Origin: Candidatus Daviesbacteria bacterium
GTDB taxonomy: Bacteria > Patescibacteriota > Microgenomatia > Daviesbacterales > UBA10151
DNA: 64,000 bases
Direction: 5' to 3'
NCBI GenBank assembly: GCA_016195715.1
Contig: JACPZA010000029.1
Span: 30,493 to 94,492, forward strand
Below are positions 8,001-17,731 of the stretch, one piece after another. The notes beneath the pieces were generated by a model. The model worked only from the letters and a program-made list of their open reading frames with translations, made no database searches and was not told the origin of the DNA. How positions within the stretch are numbered: the stretch's first letter is position 1; each line of letters opens with the position of its first letter. A program made the translations under genes and the position numbers.

Positions 8001-9801
8001 GACATCTAATATATACCGAAGAAAACCCAAAGGTCAAGTAGGAATTCTTAGTTTTTTGATAATTCTGATTTTTTACATTCTAAATTGTACATTGTACATT
8101 CCCTCAGCTCTTGCTATCTATGATCCTTTGTCTGTTCCAAATAATAAGTTTGGAATTCATATTATCTCTGCCACTCCGGAAGAAATTGATCCAGCTTCCA
8201 ATTTAGTTAATTCCAGTGGAGGTGATTGGGGCTATGTAACAGTTTTAATTGAAGCTCAAAATAGAGACGAGAGTAAATGGCGGAAAGTTTTTGATGATTT
8301 TAGAGAAAAACATTTAATCCCTTTAGTTAGAATAGCTAGCGAACCTGATGGTAATAATTGGAAAAGGCCATATGATAAAGAAGAGATCGCATGGGCTGAT
8401 TTTTTAGATAATTTAAATTGGCCAACCAAAAACCGCTATGTAATTATTTATAATGAACCAAATCAGGCTCATGAATGGGGCGGACAAATTGATCCAGCAG
8501 ATTATGCCAAGACTCTAGATAAAACTATTACTGCGCTTAAAGCTAAAAATCCAGATTTTTTTGTAATAAACGCTGGTTTTGATGCTTCAGCTCCCAATAA
8601 ACCACCCAATTTTGAAGAAGAAGCTAATTTTTTACAACAGATGAATGATAGTGTTCCAGGAATTTTTGAAAAACTTGATGGCTTTAGTTCACATTCTTAT
8701 CCAAATCCTAGTTTTGCAGGTTTACCAACAGATACTGGCAAAGGTACAGTTCGAACTTGGGCTTGGGAACAAGAGATCTTAAAAGGCTTAGGTGTTAAAA
8801 AACAACTGCCTATTTTTATAACTGAAACTGGTTGGAAACATGCAGAAGGGGTAGATTATGATAAATCTTTGCCAGATTCAGATGCCATTTCCAGTTATTT
8901 TCAAGAGGCTTTCAAAAATGCTTGGAATGATAAACAAATTGTGGCAGTCACCCCGTTTGTTTTAAGTTATCAAGAAGCTCCATTTGATCACTTTTCTTTT
9001 AAAAAAATTACTGGTGAAAAACAAGTGGAAAAAATTGTCAGCTTAGGGAGCCAAGTTTTAGGAGTAAGTTATCCTGAATATTACCCTCAATTTGATTCAA
9101 TTAAAAATCTATCAAAACAAACTGGTGACCCAATTCAAATAAATAAAGCTCAACTTATTAAAGGGGAAATTTATCCAAGTATTGTAGCAGAAGAAAATTA
9201 CACTATTTCTTTTACTTTTAAAAATATAGGAGAATCTATTTGGAATGATGGAAGCTTAGTTAAATTAATTGTCCTAAAAGGTAAACAAGAGTTATCAATT
9301 AACAATCAAGAAGTTCCTAAAAATTTTAAGGTTAAACCAGGTGAAGAATATACTTTTCATTTAAATATTAAAGCTCCAGCTGATGGCAAATATGATGTAT
9401 CTTTAAATCTTTTTTCTGGGGAGAATCAATTTGAAAATGAACCAATAGAATTTAGCACTCAAGTTAAATCCCCAGTTATTTTACAAATTAAAGCTAGCTT
9501 AAAATGGAAAAACAATCCAGCTGGAAATTATCTATTAACTATTGCTGGACTTACTAAAGATCTAATTAAAACAATAACTTTAAATTCAACTGGTAATTCA
9601 GAAAAACAAGAAGTTAAATATATCCCTCCAGATTTAAGCTATGATTTTACTTTAGAAAAGCCATTTTATAAACCTAAAACCATTCATCAAACTGTAACTT
9701 CTGGAGAAAATACGCTAGACTTTGGAGAGCTGCAACCAGATATTTCTTCTGCGATGTTACATCCTCAAGAGCTTTGGAAGTTACTACCCTGGTCAAATTA
9801 A
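7999..9801 (+). CDS. Secreted clan GH-A glycoside hydrolase with C-terminal Ig-like domains (start uncertain)
   Basis: Signal-like segment, YNEPN acid/base and ITETGW nucleophile motifs, FKNIGESIW...VKPGEEYTF Ig-like pattern. Confidence 0.75.
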   Translation: MTSNIYRRKPKGQVGILSFLIILIFYILNCTLYIPSALAIYDPLSVPNNKFGIHIISATPEEIDPASNLVNSSGGDWGYVTVLIEAQNRDESKWRKVFDDFREKHLIPLVRIASEPDGNNWKRPYDKEEIAWADFLDNLNWPTKNRYVIIYNEPNQAHEWGGQIDPADYAKTLDKTITALKAKNPDFFVINAGFDASAPNKPPNFEEEANFLQQMNDSVPGIFEKLDGFSSHSYPNPSFAGLPTDTGKGTVRTWAWEQEILKGLGVKKQLPIFITETGWKHAEGVDYDKSLPDSDAISSYFQEAFKNAWNDKQIVAVTPFVLSYQEAPFDHFSFKKITGEKQVEKIVSLGSQVLGVSYPEYYPQFDSIKNLSKQTGDPIQINKAQLIKGEIYPSIVAEENYTISFTFKNIGESIWNDGSLVKLIVLKGKQELSINNQEVPKNFKVKPGEEYTFHLNIKAPADGKYDVSLNLFSGENQFENEPIEFSTQVKSPVILQIKASLKWKNNPAGNYLLTIAGLTKDLIKTITLNSTGNSEKQEVKYIPPDLSYDFTLEKPFYKPKTIHQTVTSGENTLDFGELQPDISSAMLHPQELWKLLPWSN

Positions 9802-9807
9802 TTCCAC

Positions 9808-9835
9808 AAAAAAAGCCCCTTACGGGACTTTCTTT
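9808..9835 (-). terminator. Intrinsic terminator (best on minus strand)
   Basis: Minus strand AAAGUCCC-GUAA-GGGGCUUUUUUU. Confidence 0.75.
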
Positions 9836-9914
9836 GAGAAGTTATTTCCTAAGTAATATTTAAAATTGCTCTTAAATATTTTTTACAATATTGCTATTGT
9901 TAAAGAAAATAACT
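9808..9914 (-). ncRNA. Candidate structured small RNA
   Basis: TTGACA(9950-9945)-N18-TATTGT promoter, two hairpins inside a closing stem, terminator, no ORF. Confidence 0.4.
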
Positions 9915-10011
9915 GTATTTACAATACCAAGCATTTACCTACCCTGTCAATAGCACTAAAGCAATCAAAATAGGTCAATATTTCTATAGGATTATAAAGA
10001 CTTTAATGGGT

Positions 10012-10920
10012 TTAAGCTACTTTAATTTTACTTTTTGGATTTCCTTTTAAGTACTCCAAAAAATGAAGTGCCTCTAGACGATAAGCAGCCGCATCTTTTC
10101 TTCTTCTTTCCCGAAAAGTTGCAATTTTAGCTGATGACATTTCGTTTGCTCTTTGAGTTGGAGGATATACAAAGGGTATCTCTACACCTTCGACCTTTTT
10201 TTTATCAAACAATGCCTGAATAATTGGGAAATAATGACCATCAGAATGCATTTCCGGGTTAGGCTTAGCACCTACACGACTTTTTACTGGACTATACATC
10301 TCGTACTTTTTCAAAAATAAAGCAACAATCTCAGGATCATTTCTAAAGAATACTGGTCCAAAAAACCAATCAAAAGATTGATCTTCTCCCATAAGCTCTG
10401 CTCTTTTCATCATCCAGTCATAGGTAGCATTTACCTGCAACTCTGACTCTCTCATATAATCAGGAAAATGCTGTTTGAAGAGCACAGGTTCTCGGCTTGG
10501 GATTACTAAATCTACTCTTTCTCCCCAAAAAGGTCTGGTAATTTTAGCAAGAAACCGAGAAAGATCCTTTTCAGCTTGGAAATATCCGATAACTTTCACA
10601 TCTGGAAGCTCAGCTGCCACTTCAAATGCTCGTCTCCTTTGAGGACCCCTCCCAGCAATATCAGATGTCACTACTGTTAATCCTCCATCTTTAAATCTCT
10701 CAAGCGCTGATAAAAAACTTGGAGCACTTCCTCCATCTGCAGCCACCACACGAACTCCTAAACTTGTTGCATTAGCTATAGCTATAAGGGCCAGATCTCC
10801 CCTTATACCATCTGTATCATCAATTTGTCTTTCTCCTACCAAAGGAGCGTAATCTCTGTAAAGAAAATTTGTTGCAAGCACTATTTGATTCGCCCGAGGA
10901 AGCACCTCTTTCTTAGCCAT
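10012..10920 (-). CDS. Hypothetical protein, glycosyltransferase (GT-A)-like
   Basis: VVAADGGS and GRGPQRRRAF segments resemble the GT-A N-terminus. Confidence 0.55.
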   Translation of the reverse strand: MAKKEVLPRANQIVLATNFLYRDYAPLVGERQIDDTDGIRGDLALIAIANATSLGVRVVAADGGSAPSFLSALERFKDGGLTVVTSDIAGRGPQRRRAFEVAAELPDVKVIGYFQAEKDLSRFLAKITRPFWGERVDLVIPSREPVLFKQHFPDYMRESELQVNATYDWMMKRAELMGEDQSFDWFFGPVFFRNDPEIVALFLKKYEMYSPVKSRVGAKPNPEMHSDGHYFPIIQALFDKKKVEGVEIPFVYPPTQRANEMSSAKIATFRERRRKDAAAYRLEALHFLEYLKGNPKSKIKVA

Positions 10921-11010
10921 AAAGGTGATTATAAATTAAGAGCAAGTAAAATTCAATGTTATAAGGTGTTTAGTGGAAGATTGCTCTTAGATAAGTTAAA
11001 ATAGCTTACA

Positions 11011-11120
11011 TATGGTGGCTGCAGCGAAACGGGTTAAAGTCGTAAATCGACTTTAACGGGTCAATTACAATTTATCTGCGATAGCAGAAACTTTAGATAA
11101 TTTGACCCAGGAAGAGCGCC
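11011..11120 (+). pseudogene. Degenerate copy of tRNA-His 5' half interrupted by hairpins
   Basis: 11011-11032 matches 11166-11187 at 19/22 nt; AGAGCGCC at 11113-11120 equals 11189-11196. Confidence 0.5.
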
Positions 11121-11168
11121 GCAGGAAACACGGTAGGCATTTTAAATGAACTGATATTGATAAAGTAT

Positions 11169-11241
11169 GGTGGCTGTAGCTCAACGGTAGAGCGCCTCCC
11201 TGTGGAGGAGGACGTAGAGGGTTCAACTCCCTTCAGCCACC
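11169..11241 (+). tRNA. tRNA-His(GTG) with G-1:C73, CCA not encoded
   Basis: G-GTGGCTG/CAGCCAC-C acceptor, CCTCC-CTGTGGA-GGAGG anticodon arm, GAGGG-TTCAACT-CCCTT T-arm. Confidence 0.95.
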
Positions 11242-12746
11242 CTCAGTGCATTTTGATTAGTTCGAACGTTAAGAAAAGCTTGATACTCCGGGCTAAACTG
11301 CTGGTTTGATAAGCCCGGATACTGCCATACCAACCCAGTGGGACATATCGAACCAAGAAGTACTCTCTTCTCTCCAGGCTCAGATTTCTCATATGTTTCT
11401 CCTAGATCCTTAAACTTCTCCCTAACAAATTTCTCTGTTTGATCCATGGTATATTTATAAAATGTGTTCTGTCCTAGAACAGCCTCAAAAGCAGTAATTT
11501 TGACTCCTAACTTCTTATTCTGATCCTCAAATATCTCATCTGTATAAACTTTCCTTAAATGGTTTAAAACTAGCTCATCTCGCATTAGCTTTAGTTGTGT
11601 TAGCTGTTCCTCTGCTTGATCTCTTTTTGTTCTTATAGTATTGATGTTTCTAGTAAAAGTATTTCTTAAGACCATTAGAGCAACTTCTATTTGTTCCTCG
11701 GAAGGAGAAATGTTATGTAAAAAGTCAATCAAGCCTGTTTTTAATTTCTCAACCGCTATAGATGAGGCTCCACAGCGATTTTGACAAATATAGTAAGCAT
11801 ATTTCTTTGATCTGCCTTTGCTCCAGCCTCCTGACAGTTGCCCTCCACACTTACCGCATTTGATTGATCTTCTAAGGGGAAAGTCCGGATTATCTTTAAG
11901 CCTTTTGCCAACTGTCATTCCACACCTATTTCTTCCTTCAATAATAGCTTGGACTTTGTAATATTGGTCTTCTGTAATCATGGCATCATGTTGTCCTTGT
12001 ACTTCCTCTGAATACTTAGATGAGGTTAAAATACCCATGTAAAATTTAAGGTGAAATAATCTACTAACTGTTTGCGATCTTAATTTATATTCCTTGCCCC
12101 TCACAGCCTTTCTCATACCCCAATTATTCATAATCCGTGCCATTTCCTCCAAGGATTTAGTGCCTGTTGTCACCAAAGCCCAGGCTTTTTTCATTAGCTC
12201 AAAATTCTTGCCATCTTTTAGTGCATAACCATTTTCAACTCTGTATCCTAGTGGGGCATGTCCTATACAAAGTCCAGATTTAAACCTGGCTCTTAGCCCA
12301 TTTTTGGTTCTTTCTGATCTGACATCATTATCATGTTGGGCAAAGCTTGCCATTATTGTTTCTAATAGTTTATCAGTAGGAGAATTACCTGTAGGCTCAT
12401 TAGCTGAAATTATTGATATTCCATCATCAAAGAGCTTTTTTCTGATAAATAAGTAGTCCTGTGTTTGCCTGGATATTCTATCAATCCTGTAAACAAAAAC
12501 AGCATCAATAAGTCTTCTATTTCTTCTGCAATAATCTAAAAGCTTTAACAGCTCCGGCCTACCAGCTATATTCTTGGCAGATTTCCCCTCTTCCTTAAAA
12601 ATCTCTATAATTTGATAGCCTCTTCTGGTTGCATCTTTGGTACAGATTTCTTCTTGAGTGCTTAAGGAAAAATTCTCGACCTGTTCCTCGCTTGAAACCC
12701 TAAGGTAGATAACAGCGTTTTTAATAGGAGCAGTATTTGGTTCCAT
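11223..12746 (-). CDS. Large serine recombinase (integrase), integrated isoform ending inside tRNA-His
   Basis: YLRVSSEEQ catalytic Ser, DRISR, recombinase domain, CGKC...YYICQNRC zinc ribbon, coiled coil. Confidence 0.95.
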   Translation of the reverse strand: MEPNTAPIKNAVIYLRVSSEEQVENFSLSTQEEICTKDATRRGYQIIEIFKEEGKSAKNIAGRPELLKLLDYCRRNRRLIDAVFVYRIDRISRQTQDYLFIRKKLFDDGISIISANEPTGNSPTDKLLETIMASFAQHDNDVRSERTKNGLRARFKSGLCIGHAPLGYRVENGYALKDGKNFELMKKAWALVTTGTKSLEEMARIMNNWGMRKAVRGKEYKLRSQTVSRLFHLKFYMGILTSSKYSEEVQGQHDAMITEDQYYKVQAIIEGRNRCGMTVGKRLKDNPDFPLRRSIKCGKCGGQLSGGWSKGRSKKYAYYICQNRCGASSIAVEKLKTGLIDFLHNISPSEEQIEVALMVLRNTFTRNINTIRTKRDQAEEQLTQLKLMRDELVLNHLRKVYTDEIFEDQNKKLGVKITAFEAVLGQNTFYKYTMDQTEKFVREKFKDLGETYEKSEPGEKRVLLGSICPTGLVWQYPGLSNQQFSPEYQAFLNVRTNQNALRVAEGS

Positions 12747-12748
12747 GG

Positions 12749-13033
12749 CTATAATTTTGCTAGTAATTCTTTTAAGGTCTCTCCACTGAAAATTTCTCTC
12801 TCATATTCCTCAAGCCACTTATTTATTAAGTATTCATATGAGGCAATCACAGTCTTAACATCTTCTAAGGAATATTTGTCTCTTAAAATCTGCTTTGCTC
12901 TTAAAGTTGTATTATTTTCGTGTTCCTGCTCTGGAAACATCTGATGAATGGAATTTGCAAGTATATCTACCCTGGAGTTAATTTGTGGATTTTGTTCTAC
13001 CTTAGTTAAATTAGTCTTAATCAAGTCTTTCAT
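12749..13033 (-). CDS. Small hypothetical protein co-transcribed with recombinase
   Basis: 94 aa, stop 2 nt before recombinase ATG. Confidence 0.7.
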   Translation of the reverse strand: MKDLIKTNLTKVEQNPQINSRVDILANSIHQMFPEQEHENNTTLRAKQILRDKYSLEDVKTVIASYEYLINKWLEEYEREIFSGETLKELLAKL

Positions 13034-13048
13034 AGGAGTCTGATGTTA

Positions 13049-13109
13049 ACTGTACATATATAGACAGTATAGTCTACATTTAGACAGTTTGTCAAGAGGA
13101 AACTTGACA
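13049..13109. promoter_or_regulatory. Divergent promoters with operator-like repeats
   Basis: Minus TTGACA(13095-13090)-N18-TATACT; plus TTGACA 13104-13109; TAGACAGT at 13061 and 13081. Confidence 0.55.
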
Positions 13110-13175
13110 TTTAATTGCCATAGTTATATCTTACGGGATAGACTCCTGTCCCCTAGAAAATCCTGCTCCAGTATC

Positions 13176-13949
13176 ATGAAGCCAAAGTTTTTAGAAGAAA
13201 CATTTCGTCAGCTTGATCATCCTGTAGGATATTTCCCCTTTACTGCTGTTGAGTATTTACAAAAACATCGTTTAACGAAAGAGCTTGAGGATAAAATAGT
13301 TTTTGCTCTAACCCATGTTGACAATACTTCAGGTACTGCTGATTATTATGCATTCGTAGCAGAAGAACATCTCTCTAAAAAATTTATAGAACCTATTGTA
13401 AATCATTTTACAAAAAAGGGTGTTCAGACATATGAGCACTTAGAAGAAGAACTCAACTATCTGTTGCAAAAACTTGCAACAAAATATCCAGATGTGGTGA
13501 TGGAAAAAGTAATGCCAGCACTCGAAAAAGTATTTTATGATGAAGATAATCAAACCTTTTGGCCATATCTATTCGAGGTATTCCAATTTGTTGATAAGAG
13601 AAAATATACTCCTTGGTTTATAAAGGTAATGAAGATGACTTTTGAATTAGATGATACTTTTCTTGACAGAATTATTTATCTTGGGATACCTGAAACAATA
13701 CCTCATATTAGAAAAGTTTTAGATAGTAACAACTGGAATCCTGATGATATAAACATAGAGAAGTTAGAACAAAATTATACAAAACTTGTTAATGGAAAAT
13801 TTCCACAAAACGCTCCAAAACCTTCTCTACTAACAAGAGATAAATGGAAACATTATCTTATGGATGCAGAACGGCATAAGCTTTCCGACAAAGAGGTAGA
13901 GGCATTAAGCAGAATTCCTACTCCAGTTTATATTATAGAAAAAAGTTAA
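13176..13949 (+). CDS. Hypothetical helical protein, probably 3'-truncated
   Basis: ATG 13176 preferred over TTG 13089, which overlaps the promoter; ends [10 protein letters not shown] at the junction with truncated copA. Confidence 0.6.
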   Translation: MKPKFLEETFRQLDHPVGYFPFTAVEYLQKHRLTKELEDKIVFALTHVDNTSGTADYYAFVAEEHLSKKFIEPIVNHFTKKGVQTYEHLEEELNYLLQKLATKYPDVVMEKVMPALEKVFYDEDNQTFWPYLFEVFQFVDKRKYTPWFIKVMKMTFELDDTFLDRIIYLGIPETIPHIRKVLDSNNWNPDDINIEKLEQNYTKLVNGKFPQNAPKPSLLTRDKWKHYLMDAERHKLSDKEVEALSRIPTPVYIIEKS

Positions 13950-15502
13950 TGGGACTGCAAGCGAAGACTGCAAGGGTTTTGAGAGATGGTAAAGAGCTGG
14001 ATATTTCAATTGATCAGGTAATAATTGGAGATATTATTAGAGTTAGACCTGGAGAAAAAATTCCGGTTGATGGAATTGTTGAGTCAGGTGAGTCATCAGT
14101 TGATGAATCAATGCTCACGGGTGAGAGCATCCCTGTAGATAAAGCTAAAGGTGATTCTGTAGTTGGAGCAACGATTAATAAGTCTGGCACATTCACATAT
14201 AAAGCTACTAAAGTGGGTTCTGATACTATGTTGGCTCAAATCATTAGATTGGTTCAAGAAGCCCAAGGAAGTAAAGCTCCAATCCAAAGAATTGCTGATT
14301 TAATTTCGTCATATTTTGTTCCAGCAGTTTTAATGTTAGCTATTTTAACTTTTGTTATCTGGTATGACTTTGGTTCAGCTTCTGCACTTCTGTTTGCAAT
14401 ATTAAATACTGTGGCTGTGCTTATTATTGCTTGCCCTTGTGCGATGGGACTTGCAACTCCAACGGCCATTATGGTTGGGACTGGAAAAGGGGCAGAAAAT
14501 GGAATTCTAATTAAAGATGCTGAGAGTTTAGAAACTGCTCATAAAATAAATACGATTATTTTTGACAAAACTGGAACTCTTACTAAAGGAAAACCTGAGG
14601 TTACAGATATTATTACTATTAACAAAATTAACAAGAATGAAGTATTAAAATTAGCTGGATCTATTGAAAAAGGTTCTGAACATTCATTAGCTGAAGCAAT
14701 AGTTCAAGAAGCAGAGGCACAAAAATTGGAATTGGAATCTGTCAGCAAGTTTAAGGCTATTGCTGGTCATGGAGTTGAAGGTGTTGTTGATAGCAAACAG
14801 ATCTTTCTAGGAAACAGAAGGTTGATGGAGAGAGAACAAATCTCCGTAGGTTCTTATATTGATCAGATTGAAAAATTAGAGTCCGAAGGTAAAACTGTAA
14901 TGATGTTAGCAGTTGATGCTAAATTAGCTGGTTTAATTGCAGTTGCAGATACAGTTAAAGAAACTGCCAGGAGCGGTGTCGAAGCTCTCCAGAAATTAGG
15001 AATTGAGGTAGCAATGATCACTGGTGACAATCAAAGAACTGCTCAGGCTATTGCTGGTAAGGTAGGAATTACTAGAGTCTTAGCAGAAGTCTTACCTTAT
15101 CAAAAGGAAGCTGAGGTCAGAAAGGTCCAAGCAGAGGGTAAAAAAGTAGCAATGGTGGGAGATGGTATTAATGATGCTCCTGCCCTAGCTGCTGCTGATA
15201 TAGGTATAGCTATGGGATCAGGTACAGATGTAGCAATTGAAGCTGCGGACATTACCCTAATAAATAAAGATTTACAGTCAGTAGCATCAGCCATTACTCT
15301 TTCCAAAAAGACAATGAGAACAATTAAACTCAACCTGTTTTGGGCATTTGGTTACAATGTGATACTGATACCTGTCGCAATGGGTATTTTATATCCATTC
15401 TTCCATTTATTACTTAATCCCATTTTTGCATCCATAGCTATGGCTTCTAGTTCAATTTCTGTTGTCAGTAATTCCTTACTTCTAAAAAGAATTAAGATCT
15501 AA
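13949..15502 (+). pseudogene. copA: Cu(I)-type P1B ATPase lacking N-terminal metal-binding domain and first TM helices
   Basis: TGES, ACPCA, DKTGTLT, GDGIND, YN and MASSS motifs, but the ORF starts at (KKL)MGLQAKTA just before the A-domain. Confidence 0.8.
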
Positions 15503-15514
15503 GCTTGAAAAGTT

Positions 15515-17257
15515 TTAGCCAAAGGTGAATGTATATGCTTCTACACCTGGTGATTGAAACTCCAAATGCAAGAGATGCTCTCCTGGATTATCATGAAGGT
15601 CAACAACACCATATAGCCTATCTACATCAATAGTAATAGTTCCATCTTTAACATCCTGCCCTGCTTGTTTTGGATCGATGAGTTTATTGTCCAAATAAAC
15701 TTTTACTTTAGCGGTTCCGCTAGGATTCGAACCTGGTCGTAGAATGAGATAGACTTTATCAGCATAAAAATCATAATTTAGAACTGCCTTGTCTCCAGTG
15801 ATTGCTGTCTCATTGGTAATATTCCACTGCTCACCATAGCTAAATGAATTAAACTGAGGATTAGAAAGAGTAAAGTTTTGTTGCCCATTTCCTAGTTGAC
15901 CACTGGGATAGTAAAATTGCATCCGTTTTGACCCTAAATAAGTTTCTGGTGAGAGTTGGGTATGTGGTGTTTGATCCTTCATGTTGACGAGTCCAGCACT
16001 TATTGATGCTCCTTTTTCTTTAAGAAGTGCCTGAATAGCTATCTCGGTCTGATCATATTCACCTTCTCCAAAATGGGTTCTTCGGATATTACCCTTAGCA
16101 TCAATTAAATACTCTGCAGGCCAGTATTGATTGTTATAGGCATTCCAGGTTGCGTAGTTGTTATCCTGTGGTACAGGGTAGTGAATATTGTATTGTTTAA
16201 TAGCATTTAGCACATTATTAGCGTCCTTTTCAAATTCAAACTCAGGAGTATGTACACCAATAACTACAAATCCCTGATCTTTATATTTGTCATACCAGGA
16301 AGTCACAAAAGGGAGGCTTCTAATACAATTAATACAGGTGTAGGTCCAAAAATCCACCAATACTACCTTTCCTTTTAAGTCAGATATAGTTAAGGGTTTA
16401 TCAGTGTTAAGCCATTTAGTAATCCCAACAAAATCAGGAGCAGGGGTATTAGTGTTAAATAAACCGCTTGTGTCAACTACACTTTGCGGTGTTGGTTGTT
16501 TTCCCTTTAGCAAGTCAAGCTGCCTCGTAACAACACTATTGCTTTCAAATCCGTTAAGGGTCTGTCCTAATTGCGGGAATGCTTGAAGAAACTTTACCTG
16601 CAGCAGCTTATCGTAATTAAAGTAAATAGCTATTGCAGTAAGAATCATAATGACACCAAAAACCTGTTGAATGCGTCCGGTATAAGGGGAAAGAACACGG
16701 GTACGGGTAATGAAATGCTGTCCTGCATAGGTGAAGATAAAAAGTGGCAGACCAACACCTGTGACATAGGCCAGAGTTACCAAAATAACTCCAATATTAA
16801 TCATTCCTGTGGCAGCAAGCACTGCTATTGATGCCAAAATTGGTCCACCGCATGGAGACCAAACAAGACCAAGTGTTAAACCAGTCAAGAGTCCGGCTTT
16901 AAAATCATTTGTACGCTGTTGGAGACTAACACCAAATAATCCAACCAGTCTACTAAAATACTTTTCAGTAAATAATGTTAGAACTGGAATAATAAGCGAT
17001 AATCCCAAGAATGTAATAACAACAACGGCAAATAGCCTTAAGATATTAGGATCGAAGTGGAAGAGTCTTACCAGATAAGAAACGGATAAGGTAAAAGCAG
17101 CAAAACTTATCATTACCCCAATGGTTACCCCTAAAGCCCGCCGGTGATCTGATCCCTTAACGCTTGAAGATAGAACAATAGGTAGCATGGGCCACATACA
17201 GGGGGTTAAGATGGTGACCAGACCTGCTAAGAACGCAAAACCCAAAAGTAAAATCAT
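15515..17257 (-). CDS. CcdA/DsbD-thioredoxin fusion (DipZ-like)
   Basis: LTPCMWP and WSPCGGP TM cysteines; DFWTYTCINC thioredoxin; GVHTPEF; SPETYLG. Confidence 0.9.
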   Translation of the reverse strand: MILLLGFAFLAGLVTILTPCMWPMLPIVLSSSVKGSDHRRALGVTIGVMISFAAFTLSVSYLVRLFHFDPNILRLFAVVVITFLGLSLIIPVLTLFTEKYFSRLVGLFGVSLQQRTNDFKAGLLTGLTLGLVWSPCGGPILASIAVLAATGMINIGVILVTLAYVTGVGLPLFIFTYAGQHFITRTRVLSPYTGRIQQVFGVIMILTAIAIYFNYDKLLQVKFLQAFPQLGQTLNGFESNSVVTRQLDLLKGKQPTPQSVVDTSGLFNTNTPAPDFVGITKWLNTDKPLTISDLKGKVVLVDFWTYTCINCIRSLPFVTSWYDKYKDQGFVVIGVHTPEFEFEKDANNVLNAIKQYNIHYPVPQDNNYATWNAYNNQYWPAEYLIDAKGNIRRTHFGEGEYDQTEIAIQALLKEKGASISAGLVNMKDQTPHTQLSPETYLGSKRMQFYYPSGQLGNGQQNFTLSNPQFNSFSYGEQWNITNETAITGDKAVLNYDFYADKVYLILRPGSNPSGTAKVKVYLDNKLIDPKQAGQDVKDGTITIDVDRLYGVVDLHDNPGEHLLHLEFQSPGVEAYTFTFG

Positions 17258-17298
17258 AAATTTAATCTAGATAATAGTATAGAATATTTTAAATGTAG

Positions 17299-17335
17299 TT
17301 GAACAATCAGATTAATTGTACTACAATCTGTAGTA
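17299..17335 (+). promoter_or_regulatory. Promoter with BlaI/CopY-type operator
   Basis: TTGAAC-N17-TACAAT overlapped by TACTAC-N5-GTAGTA (17319-17335). Confidence 0.75.
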
Positions 17336-17338
17336 GAT

Positions 17339-17731
17339 ATGAATACTAATCAAAGAGTTGGCAAAATTTTAGGTGAGCTGGAATCTGAAATCATGGAAAT
17401 AGTTTGGCAATATTCAGAACCAGTTTCTGTTAGGATAGTTACTGAGAATCTCCAGAAAAAACGCAAGATTGCCTATACCACAATCATGACTATTATGGCT
17501 AGGTTGGTTGATAAAGGCCTACTTAAGAGAAATCAGGCTGGTAAAGCTTATTCTTATCAACCTACCTACTCTAAAGACAAATTTCTAACAAGAATTTCCC
17601 GTCAAATTATTAAAAACTTTATTTCAAGCTTTGGTGATGCTGCCATTGCTCATTTTGCTGGAGAAGTAGAAAAACTTGCGCCTGAGAAACGAAAAGAACT
17701 CCAAAAATTACTTAAGGAGGCTCAGAAATAA
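17339..17731 (+). CDS. BlaI/MecI/CopY family transcriptional repressor
   Basis: LGELESEIMEIVW...AYTTIMTIMARLVDKGLL...GKAYSY. Confidence 0.93.
   Translation: MNTNQRVGKILGELESEIMEIVWQYSEPVSVRIVTENLQKKRKIAYTTIMTIMARLVDKGLLKRNQAGKAYSYQPTYSKDKFLTRISRQIIKNFISSFGDAAIAHFAGEVEKLAPEKRKELQKLLKEAQK

Noticed and set aside
11011-11165. SRP RNA, tmRNA or 6S RNA
   Set aside because: No SRP helix-8 motif, tmRNA termini or long 6S-type duplex recognised.
13050-13067. E. coli-type SOS box
   Set aside because: CTGT and ACAG are 10 nt apart, not 8.
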